A stretch of 64,000 bases of DNA. Source: Mytilus edulis (Eukaryota). Position numbers and translations under genes: made by a program. The DNA lies in the NCBI RefSeq assembly GCF_963676685.1, contig NC_092353.1:45880001-45944000 (forward strand). Direction: 5' to 3'. Below, piece after piece: positions 1 to 12,375 of the stretch; the stretch's first letter is position 1, and each line of letters opens with the position of its first letter. The notes beneath the pieces are model-generated. The model searched no databases, was not told where the DNA came from, and was given only the letters and a program-made list of their open reading frames with translations.

Positions 1-765
1 CAGAAGGTACCAAAAACATTCCTTCAGATCAGAGAGCACCTATAACATTCCTTCAGATCAGAGGGTATCAAAAACATTCCTTCAGAAGGTACCAAAAACA
101 TTCCTTCAGATCAGAGGGCACCCATAACATTCCTTTAGATCAGAGGGTATCAAAAACATTCCTTCAGATCAGAAGGTACCAAAACCATTCCTTCAGATCA
201 GAGGGCACCAAAAACATTCCTTCAGATCAGAGGTTATCAAAAACATTCCTTCAGATCAGAAGGTACTAAAAACATTCCTTCAGATCAGAGGTTACCAAAA
301 ACATTCCTTCAGATCAGAAGTTACCAAAACCATTCCTTCAGATCAGAGGGCACCTATAACATTCCTTCAGATCAGATGATATCAAAAACATTCCTTCAGA
401 AGGTACCAAAAACATTCCTTCAGATCAGAGAGCACCTATAACATTCCTTCAGATCAGAGGGTATCAAAAACATTCCTTCAGAAGGTACCAAAAACATTCC
501 TTCAGATCAGAGGGCACCTATAACATTCCTTCAGATCAGATGATATCAAAAACATTCCTTCAGAAGGTACCAAAAACATTCCTTCAGATCAGAGGGCACC
601 CATAACATTCCTTCAGATCAGAGGGTATCAAAAACATTCCTTTAGATCAGAAGGTACCAAAACCATTCCTTCAGATCAGAGGGCACCAAAAACATTCTCT
701 CAAATCAGAGAGTACCAAAATCTTTCCATCAAATCAGAGGGTAAGAAAAACTTTCCATATCAGGT
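1..765. repeat. Minisatellite, 29-bp unit (AAAACATTCCTTCAGATCAGAGGGTATCA) with 24-bp deletion variants; truncated by window start
   Basis: CATTCC recurs at 215, 244, 273, 302 and onward; the array decays after ~700. Confidence 0.95.
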
Positions 766-1074
766 AAATAATAATTCAGAAATAAGAAGGATTTTTCTGA
801 AAAATTCATTCATTGTTTTTTCTTTGTTCCCATTTAGATTTGTTTAATTCATTGAGGAAATTTTTAATTTTCATGGATATTTAATTTCGTGGTTTTGCCA
901 TTTCAAAGTCTGCATAAATCTTTATATAATATTTGTAATTTGTTGGACATTAAAATTTTTGTTCCAAGGTAACCTTGAAATCTAGGAAAATTAGTATCCA
1001 AGGAATAATACTGAATCCACAACACTAGATCTTTGTCTGTGTTTCCATTTATAGCCCTTGCAATACAACAGATT

Positions 1075-1242
1075 CAGAGGCGGATCCAGCCATTTCAAAA
1101 AGGTGGGGGGGGGGGGGGGGGGGGGGTCCCAACCCAGAGTAAAGGGCATGTTCCAACTATATGCTCTCATTCAAATGCATTGATCGTCCCAAAAAAAAGG
1201 GGTTCTAACCCCTGGAAACCCCCCTCTCTGGATCCGTCACTG
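1075..1242. mobile_element. CAG-terminal G-tract MITE (hAT-like)
   Basis: Terminal inverted repeats (TIRs) CAGAGGCGGATCCAG / CTGGATCCGTCACTG; flanks AGATT/TGATT. Inverted sister copy at 24957-25143. Confidence 0.85.
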
Positions 1243-2064
1243 TGATTTAGTTCTCATGTAAAGCACATTGAAATATTGGTTACTTATTGCATTAGCATTC
1301 CTGAGAATCTGTAATATGATTTGTTTTATTTTGTTAGTCTTTCGTGTTTTGTAATAATATGGCTTGCAATAAAATCTTTAAAATGGTCAAAACCTGGACA
1401 CTTAAAGTTAGCCCCAGCTATTTCAAACTTCAGATTGCAGACAGATAACAGATGAAAGCGAGTGAGATTTTGACCAGAAAGCAAGTTTATCCATTAAAAT
1501 AATCCAAGCTGGCATATATGGTCACTAAAATGTGTAAATCACAGATTACAGTCCTACATAATGTTTATAATAGCTGTATAGAATAATCTGATGATAACTA
1601 AAAGCTTAGTATAAAAAGAGGGCAGTAGGAGGGGGTGTTATCCTGAAATTCAAGCAAATTAAACCCTGAATCTTATTAATTCCTGAGTTCTGTGTAAATG
1701 GAAATTCCAAATACCCTGCACAAATATTAAAAGGCCCAATCCCGATGTACCAAAAGAGGTTTGTCTACCTCTTGTGTATAACTGCTAGGTGATTTATTAT
1801 AACAGGTGCAATCAACTGCAATTACTGAATATTTATAAATAAAATATGCTAAGAATAATGTTAGTTGCCCTGAAATGTCACACAGAGGTGACAACACAGC
1901 CTTAAACATCAGTCATTTACCAAGGAAAAACACATTTTTCTATCATTTCTAATTTACAAGCTCCTCTTTTATCACCCTATCCCTATATGATGCACAGAAT
2001 ATTTAATGTAACTGTGTTAATCAAAACTCTGAAATAAGTTTTCATTGTTAATCTTCATTTAAAA

Positions 2065-2280
2065 ATCCAACTTCTGAATAAATTTTCAATCATTTTTTTA
2101 TCCCACAATTTTTCATTATTCATTTCTACAAGAATTCACTATACAAAAGATTGATAATCTACAAGCCTTTAGAAATCTAACTTCTGAATAAATTTTAACT
2201 ATTTTTTTGTTTCAGAATTTTTCATTCTCCATTCCTACAAGAATTCACTACACAGATATTGATGATCTGCAAGCCTATAC
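2065..2280. repeat. Tandem duplication, ~110 bp x2
   Basis: AACTTCTGAATAAATTTT...CTACAAGAATTCACTA...CAAGCCT occurs twice. Confidence 0.8.
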
Positions 2281-3285
2281 AACAAAGATGACTATTTAAG
2301 CTTGCAGCACATGCAATCAATTGTTGTACCACAGACACAGGATGTATTATAGTGACTTTAGACAAAGATTTGATAGATTCTGTCAATGATACAACCATTT
2401 CTTTCTATCATTACAGATTGATTGATTCAAATTTTGCATTCATTCAATACAAATAAATGGCCTTTGGGTCTTTTCAAGCTAGTTTTTCTTTTTTCTCACC
2501 TTATTTTCATTTCATTTTAATTAGAATCGCTTTATTGTAAACAATGATTTATCACTATATGAAAGTTTATAAAAATTACAATCTTCATAACATAGCTGGC
2601 TTCATACAATATCTTATTATACCAAATCATGAAATTCAATATTATTTCAAACTGTTTAACATTTTTACTGTTTGTCTAACAAGTGGCAAAGTGAGCACTT
2701 CATTTTGATTTGAATTGTAAGATAAAACTTTCAATTTTTAAAAATAAAATATTTTTTGAAAATCAGTCTTTTACTTTTGATAAATATAAAATTACAACAA
2801 CTCCCCTTCTCACAATATGTGTTCCTATATTTCAGGAGGTCTATCAGACAAGCCAGAAGAACTAGTAAACATTTTTATTGAGGATAAACTATGCTGTTAA
2901 TTCCACAATGAAGAAATATTAGAATATACACAAAATATCTTTAATCTTTCCGGTTCAGTTAATGAAATACATGTATCATGTAAAAAAAGAAATCTTTTAT
3001 GAACATAATGTCTCCAACTTCAAGTCCCATCTTTTCAAATAGATCATATTTCTTTCTGTTCAGATTTACAGAAATAAAGATGTTCAAAATAGAAAATATT
3101 TGATGTCATAACAATAAAATAATTGCTGTATAAAGTCAAAAAGGTCAAGGGTCACATAATCCCAAATAGGGAATTAAGTCTTCATTGTTCTTAATCCCAT
3201 ATTACAATGCAAATTTCTATATAAAACTTGTCTTACTTATATATTTTGTTTCTTTATTTTTCAAATTAAACTTTAATAAAATTTA

Positions 3286-3545
3286 GGGGGGGCCTCGGTG
3301 GCCGAGTGCTCTAAGAAGTTACTACTGTAATCACTAGGCAGTCAACACTGAGGTTGTGAGTTCAACCTCAACCCATGAAGGTGCACTTGACTCCAATCCT
3401 AATTGACTAGGATTGTCAGTTTTCTTATCGAAAGTTGGTGGTTTTCTCTGGGAACTCCAGCTTCCTCCACAAATTTAAATGGCTGCAACAAAATAGCCCA
3501 AAAGCAGTGCTATTAAAAATGGCGTTAAAAACACATAAAACAAAA
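3286..3545 (+). mobile_element. tRNA-derived SINE with V-domain-like core
   Basis: GGGGGCCTCGGTGGCCGAGTG (A box), GTGAGTTCAACC (B box-like), core GGTGGTTTTCTCTGGGAACTCCAGCTTCCTCCAC, tail GGCGTTAAAAACAC followed by A-rich sequence. Confidence 0.85.
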
Positions 3546-3756
3546 TAAATCATAAAATTTAAAGCAAATTCAGAAATAAAGGAAGCATTGGTACATTTCA
3601 ATGTCTTAGGATTGAATTCATAAGATATGTTTTGTCCTAACCAGTGTCCAATGTCATGTGTGAAAATTAAAAACTTGATTCTCAAAATATAAAACACAGG
3701 CATTCATGACATTTTCATTATTATTGACATTTTGTATCGGTCTTTAAATTAAAATG

Positions 3757-4224
3757 CAGGTGTAATACCACCAAATCATGGTACCTCACATCCGGTTGTA
3801 TACGAAAGTAGGTCTAGAAAAATATTCCCTTGAATTTGACTGTTGCAGGTAATTAATCCTACATTTTATTGCAGTAAAAACATTTCTGTGTCATAAACAT
3901 ATGTCTTGGGTAATTCAAAACACCATTATTTTTTATTTGGGATTTCTATAGAAAATTTTGTAATCTTGAGGTTACATGGTAACTAAACCTTGTACACAGA
4001 TAAATTAAGGGGAAGAATTTGATTGGTTAACTTCCAATGATGGTTATTTTCTTATATGCAATGAAATGTTATGTGAAATTTTTTCTATATTACTGGACAG
4101 GATACAACTTTACTCATGCCAAGTATTTCTTAAATTGAAACAAAGATAAATTCTGCACATTTTTTTTAAAAGTGCAAATTTAACAAAGACTAATAGGGGA
4201 AAATCAATGGTGGTATTACACCTG
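3757..4224. mobile_element. Non-autonomous DNA transposon with 17-bp TIR (hAT-like)
   Basis: Perfect TIR CAGGTGTAATACCACCA / TGGTGGTATTACACCTG; flanks AAATG/AAATA. Confidence 0.85.
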
Positions 4225-4368
4225 AAATAAACAATATGATTCTAGAAAAATATAATTATGTACAATGCCAAATGATAATGATAACAAGCTGAAAATCACA
4301 GCATATACATGCAACCTATCCTGTGCTTTTAAAAGCAAAGGGATTGAACAAGTTATAGTACTCAGCCC

Positions 4369-4618
4369 TTTACAGCTGATTTCCTACTGCTTGCAAAGTA
4401 AAATTTTGGTTGGCTTGCTTGCTTTGTTTGCATAATTGTTTATACAAGCTTTGTAAATAAGACTGACATCTTTAAACAATATACATAGGCATAGTTTAAC
4501 CTGTATATATTATATTTGAATTTGATAGAGTGTTATCCTAATATGATTGTACAATATACAAACAAAGCAAACAAGCTAACCAAGTTTTGCTCTACATGCA
4601 TTAGGAAATTAGCTGTAA
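4369..4618. mobile_element. MITE with long imperfect TIRs; second copy ~54700-54930
   Basis: TTACAGCTGATTTCCTA...TTGGTTGGCTTGCTTGCTTTGTTTG versus CAAACAAAGCAAACAAGCTAACCAA...TAGGAAATTAGCTGTAA. Confidence 0.8.
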
Positions 4619-4653
4619 CAAAAAAGTATATTTAAATTGTTCAATAAACAATT

Positions 4654-7457
4654 AACTAGAGGCTCTAAAGAGCCTGTGTCGCTCACCTTGGTCTATGTGA
4701 ATATTAAACAAAGGAAGCAGATGGATTCATGACAAAATTGTGTTTTGGTGATGGTGATGTGTTTGTACATCTTACTTTACTGAACATTCTTGCTACTTAC
4801 AATTATCTCTATCTATAATGAACTTGGCCCAGTAGTTTCAGTGGAAAATGAAAATTGTTAAAAATTGACTATAAAGGACAATAACTCCTTAAGGGTCAAT
4901 TGACCATTTCCGTCATGTTGACTTATTTGTAAATCTTACTTTGCTTAACATTATTGATGTTTACAGTTTATCTCTATCTATAATAATATTCAAGATAATA
5001 ACCAAAAACAGCAAAATTTCCTTAAAATTACCAATTCAGGGGCAGCAACCCAACAACCAGTTGTCAGATTCATCTGAAAATTTCAGGGCAGATAGATCTT
5101 GACCTGATAAACAATTTTACCCCATGTCAGATTTGCTCTAAAGGCTGCGGTTTCAGAGTTTTAAGCCAAAATCTACATTTCACCCCTATGTTCTATTTTT
5201 AGCAATGGCGGCCGTCTTGGTTGGTTAGCCAGGTCACGGGACACAATTTTTAAACTAGATACCCCAATGATGATTGAGGCTAAGTTTGGTTTAATTTGGC
5301 CCAGTAGTTTCAGAGGAGAAGATTTTTGTAAAAGATGACTAAGATTTACGAAAAATGGTTAAAAATTGACTATAAAGGGCAATAACTCCTAAAGAAATCA
5401 ACAGACCATTTTGGTCTTGTTGACTTGTTTGTAGATCTTACTTTGCTGAACATTTTTGCTGTTTACAGTTTATCTCTATCTATAATAATATTCAAGATAA
5501 TAACCAAAAACAGCAAAATGTCCTTAAAATTACCAATTCAGGGGCAGCAACCTATCAACGGGTTGTCCAATTCATCTCAAAATTTCAGGGCAGATAGATC
5601 TTGACCTGATAAACAATTTTACCCGATGTCAGATTTGCTCTGAATGCTTTGGTTTTTGAGTGATAAGCCAAAAACTGCATTTTACCCCTATGTTCTATTT
5701 TTAGCCATGGCGGCCATCTTGGTTGGTTGACCAGGTCACCGGACACAATATTTTAACTAGATACCCCAATGATGATTGTGGTCAAGTTTGGTTTAATTTG
5801 GCCAAGAAGTTTCAGAGGAGAAGATTTTTGTAAAAGATGACTAAGATTTACGTAAAATGGTTAAAAATTGACTATAAAGGGCAATAACTCCTAAAGGGGT
5901 CAACAGACCATTTTGGTCATGTTGACTTATTTGTAGATCTTACTTTACTGAACATTTTTGCTGTGTACAGTTTATCTCTATCTATGATAATATTCAAGAT
6001 AATAACCAAAAACAGCAAAATTTCCTTAAAATTACCAATTCAGGGGCAGCAACCCAACAACCAGTTGTCAGATTCATCTGAAAATTTCAGGGCAGATAGA
6101 TCTTGACCTGATAAACAATTTTACCCCATGTCAGATTTGCTCTAAAGGCTGCGGTTTCAGAGTTTTAAGCCAAAATCTACATTTCACCCCTATGTTCTAT
6201 TTTTAGCAATGGCGGTCATCTTGGTTGGTTAGCCAGGTCACGGGACACATTTTTTAAACTAGATACCCCAATGATGATTGAGGCTAAGTTTGGTTTAATT
6301 TGGCCCAGTAGTTTCAGAGGAGAAGATTTTTGTAAAAGATAACTAAGATTTACGAAAAATGGTTAAAAATTGACTATAAAGGGCAATAACTCTTAAAGAA
6401 ATCAACAGACTATTTTGGTCTTGTTGACTTGTTTGTAGATCTTACTTTGCTGAACATTTTTTCTGTTTACAGTTTATCTCTATCTATAATAATATTCAAG
6501 ATAATAACCAAAAACAGCAAAATGTCCTTAAAATTACCAATTCAGGGGCAGCAACCTATCAACGGGTTGTCCAATTCATCTCAAAATTTCAGGGCAGATA
6601 GATCTTGACCTGATAAACAATTTTACCCGATGTCAGATTTGCTCTGAATGCTTTGGTTTTTGAGTGATAAGCCAAAAACTGCATTTTACCCCTATGTTCT
6701 ATTTTTAGCCATGGCGGCCATCTTGTTTGGTTGACCAGGTCACCGGACACAATTTTTTAACTAGATACCCCAATGATGATTGTGGTCAAGTTTGGTTTAA
6801 TTTGGCCAAGTAGTTTCAGAGGAGAAGATTTTTGTAAAAGATGACTAAGATTTACGTAAAATGGTTAAAAATTGACTATAAAGGGCAATTACTCCTAAAG
6901 GGGTCAACAGACCATTTTGGTCATGTTGACTTATTTGTAGATCTTACTTTACTGAACATTTTTGCTGTGTACAGTTTATCTCTATCTATGATAATATTCA
7001 AGATAATAACCAAAAACAGCAAAATTTCCTTAAAGTTACCAATTCAGGGGCAGCAACCTATCAACGGGTTGTCCAATTCATCTCAAAATTTCAGGGCAGA
7101 TAGATCTTGACCTGATAAACAATTTTACCCGATGTCAGATTTGCTCTGAATGCTTTGGTTTTTGAGTTATAAGCCAAAAACTGCATTTTACCCCTATGTT
7201 CTATTTTTAGCCATGGCGGCCATCTTGGTTGGTTGGCCAGGTCACCGGACACAATTTTTAAACTAGATACCCTAATAATGATTGTGGCCAAGTTTGGTAA
7301 AAATTGGCCCAGTAGTTTCAGAGGAGAAGATTTTTGTAAAAGTTAACGACGGACGACGACGACGACGGACGACGGACGACGGACGCCGGACGCCGGACGC
7401 CGGACGCCAAGTGATGAGAAAAGCTCACTTGGCCCTTTGGGCCAGGTGAGCTAAAAA
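4654..7457 (-). mobile_element. Helentron-associated non-autonomous element (HINE/DINE-1/pearl type) with ~5 x 502-bp central tandem repeats
   Basis: Minus strand: TTTTTAGCTCACCTGGCCC-AAA-GGGCCAAGTGAGC (subTIR plus inverted repeat), (GTCC/GTC)n microsatellite, core units (ATTGACT at 4864, 5365, 5867, 6369, 6871), 3' subTIR GGTGAGC and hairpin AGGCTCT-TT-AGAGCCT-CTAGTT. Confidence 0.92.
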
Positions 7458-7639
7458 TGCCAAATGTGTTCACAATTATTAAAAAAATTTGAGTTGGAAT
7501 TTTTAAATATTCATAAAATATCAACCTTGTGAATAACAAGTGCAAGCACTTTTGTATAGACCGAGTACTCAATAACTTGTTGTAAACCCTTGAGAAAGTG
7601 GTGCACTACACTAGGAGTTATTATTTATAATTCATATAC

Positions 7640-7696
7640 CTCTCTGTAATTTCGGACACCTGCTTCACGGAATGTAGGTTTGCATCGTAGATTCTT
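7640..7696 (-). CDS. DGKZ: DGK zeta/iota-like exon, end of C1a and linker (KNLRCKPTFREAGVRNYRE)
   Basis: ttttcttatttcag acceptor, GAG|gtatat donor, 57 nt. Matches DGKzeta INFRCKPSFRESGSRNVRE. The next (C1b, HHWVH) exon was not found in 1-7639 and probably lies left of the window. Confidence 0.94.
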
Positions 7697-8817
7697 CTGA
7701 AATAAGAAAAATACATTAACTACATTAATAGAGGTTACATTAGGTTATCTTTTACCTAAAATTATGCTACTAAGTATCATAGTGCATTAATGAATATAAT
7801 ACATGCATTTTAAGTTTCTACATTATGACTATGTTAATATAGTCATGCACACATTCAAGAGGCCTTTTCTATTGAGGTTCTTATTTTAGTAAAAGCTCTT
7901 AAAGGTATCCTTCACATTGAACTTTCTGTACTTAACCAACAACCTTGAACTTTAAAGCATGACTCCCTGACCATCTCCTTCCCTAAATCAGGACACTGAC
8001 AGGCTAGACAAAAATGGAAGCTTTCAATTTCAAGAAATTTATATCCATCATTTAGGTGTACTTTTCAAATTCTCAAAACCATACAAAGAATTTTAGATCA
8101 ATTCTTGTTTACAGTTTCGCTAGATGTTATTTTCGAATCAATTTCAACTCCATTTCAATGTTAAGTATTCAAAAACACTGAACTGTCTGGAAATTTTAAA
8201 GCAATAATCCATTTATGCAGAATGGAAGAAATTTACAATTAAAACTTGTGTTAAAGCCTTCAGACTAATTCTAATTATACTGTATCAGCATCTTTCCCCA
8301 GCATCTTATTCCTTGGTTGAGAAAAACAGCAATTTTAGAAATATCTATTTGATTTTTTCCTACTTTTTTAGAAATCGATTTCCACAAAAAAAAACTTCTA
8401 AAAAGGAAATAAATTCTATATAAACAGCTGCCAAACTTCTCATGTTATTCATTGTTAAGACCAATGAAGACATGGAATTACCATGGACTTCTCTGCGATG
8501 CTGAAATCATGTGACAGTTAGTTTCCTTTTAATTTCAAAATAATTTCATGTTCCTAGGGTCAATTTCTGTCTTTAAATTAAACTTAAAATGAATTCAGTC
8601 AAGGATAATAATTAAGTTTAAGTAGAATAATACCCAGCATGCAAAGTAATGTGGGTTGACATCAGGCCATCTACATCTTAAATCTAATTTTACTACAATA
8701 ACAGGGAACTATTCTATAGTAATTAGTTCATTCGGCATACTAAGATGGTTTTGTTCCACCACAACACGACAATATCTGTTTCAAAAAGCCATTCTTGGAA
8801 ATATAAATCAAAACATA

Positions 8818-10770
8818 AACCAGATGCTCCGCAGGGCGTAGCTTTATACGACCGCAGAGGTTGAACCCTGAACGGTTGGGGCAAGTATGGACACAACATT
8901 CAAGCTGGATTCAGCTCTAAATTTGGATTGTGATTAAATAGTTGACACAGCATAGGTTTCTGACACAGAATGAATGTGTTCTAATGAACTTAAAATTTTT
9001 GTTTTCTCTTAGAGCAATTCACTATGCTGTTGAATATTAATCCTCTCAAAAAAATGTTTGAAGAAATTTTCTTTTTTATTTATGAAATTTCAAATGAGAA
9101 AAATTGAACCCATTTTTTTTAATCACATCCCCCTTTCCCTTATTCCAAAACTAATCTCAATTAAAATTTCTAATGGAGTTTGCAACAATAACTACTCATT
9201 TAAATACATCATAAAATATTAAGATGTAAAAAAACTGCTTGTTATCACTGAATGGTAAAGATTATTTTAATTTATCAGTTGGTAGTAAAAAGTGAATATA
9301 CATTGTATATTGTTGATTCTGGACAAAGAAAGATAACTCCAATTAAAAAAAAATCTTGCTATTGCACAATATTTTGCAATTAGATATTTCTTGCTTACTA
9401 TTCTGGACAAAGAAAGATAACTCTAATTAAAAAAAAATTTGATATTTCACAATATTGTGCAATTAGATATTTCTTGCCATTGCGCAATACTGTGCAATTG
9501 AAAAGACTTGCTATTTGCAATACTTAATATAATAATTTTAGATCCTGATTTGGACCAACTTGAAAACTGGGCCCATAATAAAAAATCTAAGTACATTTTT
9601 GGATTCAGCATATCAAAGAACCCCAAGATTTCAATTTTTGTTAAAATCAGACTAAGTTTAATTTTGGACCCTTTGGACTTTAGTGTAGACCAATTTGAAA
9701 ACAGGACCAAAAATGAAGAATCTACATACACAGTTAGATTTGGTATATCAAAGAACCCCATTTATTCAATTTTTGATGAAATCAAACAAAGTTTAATTTT
9801 GGACCCCGATTTGGACCAACTTGAAAACTGGGCCAATAATCAAGAATCTAAGTACATTTTTAGATTCAGCATATCAAAGAACCTAACTGATTCATTTTTT
9901 GTCAAAATCAAACTAAGTTTAATTTTGGACCCTTTGGACCTTAATGTAGACCAATTTGAAATCGGGACCAAAAGTTAAGAATCTACATAAACAGTCATGA
10001 CAGTTAGATTCGGCATATCAAAGAACCCCAATTATTCAATTTTGATGAAATCAAACAAAGTTTAATTTTGGACCCTTTGGGCCCCTTATTATGTTGGGAC
10101 CAAAACTCCTAAAATCAATACCAACCTTCCTTTTATGGTCATAAACCTTGTGTTTAAATTTCATAGATTTCTATTTACTTATACTAACGTTATGGTGCGA
10201 AAACCAAGAAAAATGCTTATTTGGGTCCCTTTTTGGCCCCTAATTCCTAAACTGTTGGGACCTCAACTCCCAAAATCAATACCAACCTTCCTTTTGTAGT
10301 CATTAACATTGTGTTTAAATTTCATTGATTTCTATTTACTTAAACATAAGTTATTGTGGGAAAACCAAGAATAATGCTTATTTGGGCCCTTTTTTGGCCC
10401 CTAATTCCTAAACTGTTTGAACCAAAACTCCCAAAATCAATCCCAACCTTTCTTTTGTGGTCATAAACTTTGTGTCAAAATTTCATAGATTTCTATTAAC
10501 TTAAACTAAAGTTATAGTGCAAAAACCAAGAAAATGCTTATTTGGGCCCTTTTTGGCCCCTAATTCCTAAAATGTTGGGACCAAAACTCCCAAAATCAAT
10601 CCCAACCTTCCTTTTGTGGTCATAAACCTTGTGTTAAAATTTCATAGATTTCTATTCAGTTTTACTAAAGTTAGAGTGCGAAAACTAAAAGTATTCGGAC
10701 GCAGACGACGACGCCAACGTGATAGCAATATACGACGAAAAAATTTTCAAATTTTGCGGTCGTATAAAAA
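8818..10770 (-). mobile_element. Second HINE-type element with composite internal repeats
   Basis: subTIRs TATACGACCGCA / TGCGGTCGTATA, (GTC)n tract near 10700, ~160-bp x4 repeats (10075-10690), ~270-bp repeats (9530-10075), 3' hairpin-like GCTACGCCCTGCGGAGC. Confidence 0.9.
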
Positions 10771-10926
10771 ACATTAAAGATGAAATAAGGTCATGAGTGT
10801 GAATTTAGCTAACAGCTAGCTAGACTGAATTTAGGCCTTGTATGCAGCTCTGACTGAAACTGTAAACACAACTTTTGCCTTCCTGTGAGCTCAAACTGAT
10901 TATGACTTTAAATTCCAACATTGAAC

Positions 10927-11052
10927 CACAGGGGCTTGTTTAATGGGTCAGACAAGTTTTTACTGTCAATGGCGGTCGCTTGGTGTTTTATATAGGATAG
11001 TGGCCGCCATTGACAGTAAAACATTGTCTGATCCACTAAACAAGCCCCTGTG
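10927..11052. mobile_element. 126-bp fold-back element (~50-bp arms)
   Basis: CACAGGGGCTTGTTTA...TTTTACTGTCAATGGCGG / CCGCCATTGACAGTAAAA...TAAACAAGCCCCTGTG. Confidence 0.8.
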
Positions 11053-11752
11053 AATGAACTTTAGTCTTATATATATATATAGCTCTGACTGAATTTTAAC
11101 TAGCTAGCCTTGGATTGAGATAGATGTCTAAAACTCAATTTCATTCAATCTAAATACAGCTGTTGTAATTTCATACAGCAGTTCTAATTAAATTTTTAGG
11201 TGCCCAGGAGTCATATACAATTATAGGAAAGTGTGACATAAAAACAAATGTTCTGTGATCTAGTGGTGTTCACTGATTTACCCCCTTTCAAAATTTAAAT
11301 TTATGGCAAACAAAATTGATGATTAATCGTTGCTCTTTAATGCCACTTTTAGCATTCTTTGCTTCATAGCGGCCCTTAGTTTATATCAGTGTTGGTGTAT
11401 GAGTGCCTGCAGTGTGAATGTTTGTTTAGAATTTTTTTATCTGAGTATTCTATCTTTTCCGAACTAAAAAAAAAATCCTTTAAAATTAGAGGTTTTTAAA
11501 AAAATCTCTGAGTTATTCTCTGCGCTTTATTTTGGGAAATCCAAACTTTTTATTCTACGATTTATTTAAAATTCCACATTCTTCTTCGAAAAATAATTTG
11601 TAGTTGTTAGAAAATTTCGGAACTCAGAAGTCAGAAAAAAGGTCGGAGTTGTCCAAATACACCTAATTGACCTCCCAAAAGCTCTCAGCGTAGTCCAAAT
11701 ACTCCAAACTCAGAGGCCAGAAAATTATTAATTTAAGTCAATACAGATTGAA

Positions 11753-12375
11753 GTGAAACCCACAACCTCAGTGTTGACAGACCAGTGATAACAGGAGTGA
11801 AACCCACAACCTCAGTGTTGACAGACCAGTGATAACAGTAGTCAAACCCACAACCTCAGTGTTGACAGATCTAGACCAGTGATAACAGGAGTGAAACCCA
11901 CAACCTCATTGTTGACAGACCAGTGATAACTGGAGTGAAACCCACAACCTCAGTGTTGACAGACCAGTGATAACAGTAGTCAAACCCACAACCTCAGTGT
12001 TGACAGACCAGTGATAACAGGAGTCAAACCCACAACCTCAGTGTTGACAGACCAGTGATAACAGGAGTCAAACCCACAACCTCAGTGTTGACAGACCAGT
12101 GATAACAGGAGTCAAACCCACAACCTCAGTGTTGACAGACCAGTGATAACAGGAGTCAAACCCACAACCTCAGTGTTGACAGACCAGTGATAACAGGAGT
12201 CAAACCCACAACCTCAGTGTTGACAGACCAGTGATAACAGGAGTCAAACCCACAACCTCAGTGTTGACAGACCAGTGATAACAGGAGTCAAACCAACAAC
12301 CTCAGTGTAGACAGACCAGTAATAACAGGAGTCAAACCCACAACCTCAGTGTTGAAAGACCAGTGATAACAGTAG
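11753..12375 (-). repeat. 44-bp minisatellite (~14 copies) amplified from a SINE head
   Basis: Unit GTCAAACCCACAACCTCAGTGTTGACAGACCAGTGATAACAGGA; its reverse complement aligns to SINE bases ~3322-3366. Confidence 0.93.

Noticed and set aside
3286-3370. tRNA-like sequence (also ~62060-62100)
   Set aside because: A/B boxes are present but there is no complete cloverleaf; the 3286 copy continues into a SINE body and the 62060 copy is only a B-box relic.
9447-9978. 156-aa and 104-aa ORFs with internal repeats
   Set aside because: They lie within the tandem core of a HINE element; the periodicity is DNA-level and no domain or splice context is evident.
11753-12375. Regular short repeats resembling a CRISPR array (also 1-765, 34720-35282, 58323-58510)
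   Set aside because: Head-to-tail units with no unique spacers, no cas genes, eukaryotic context.
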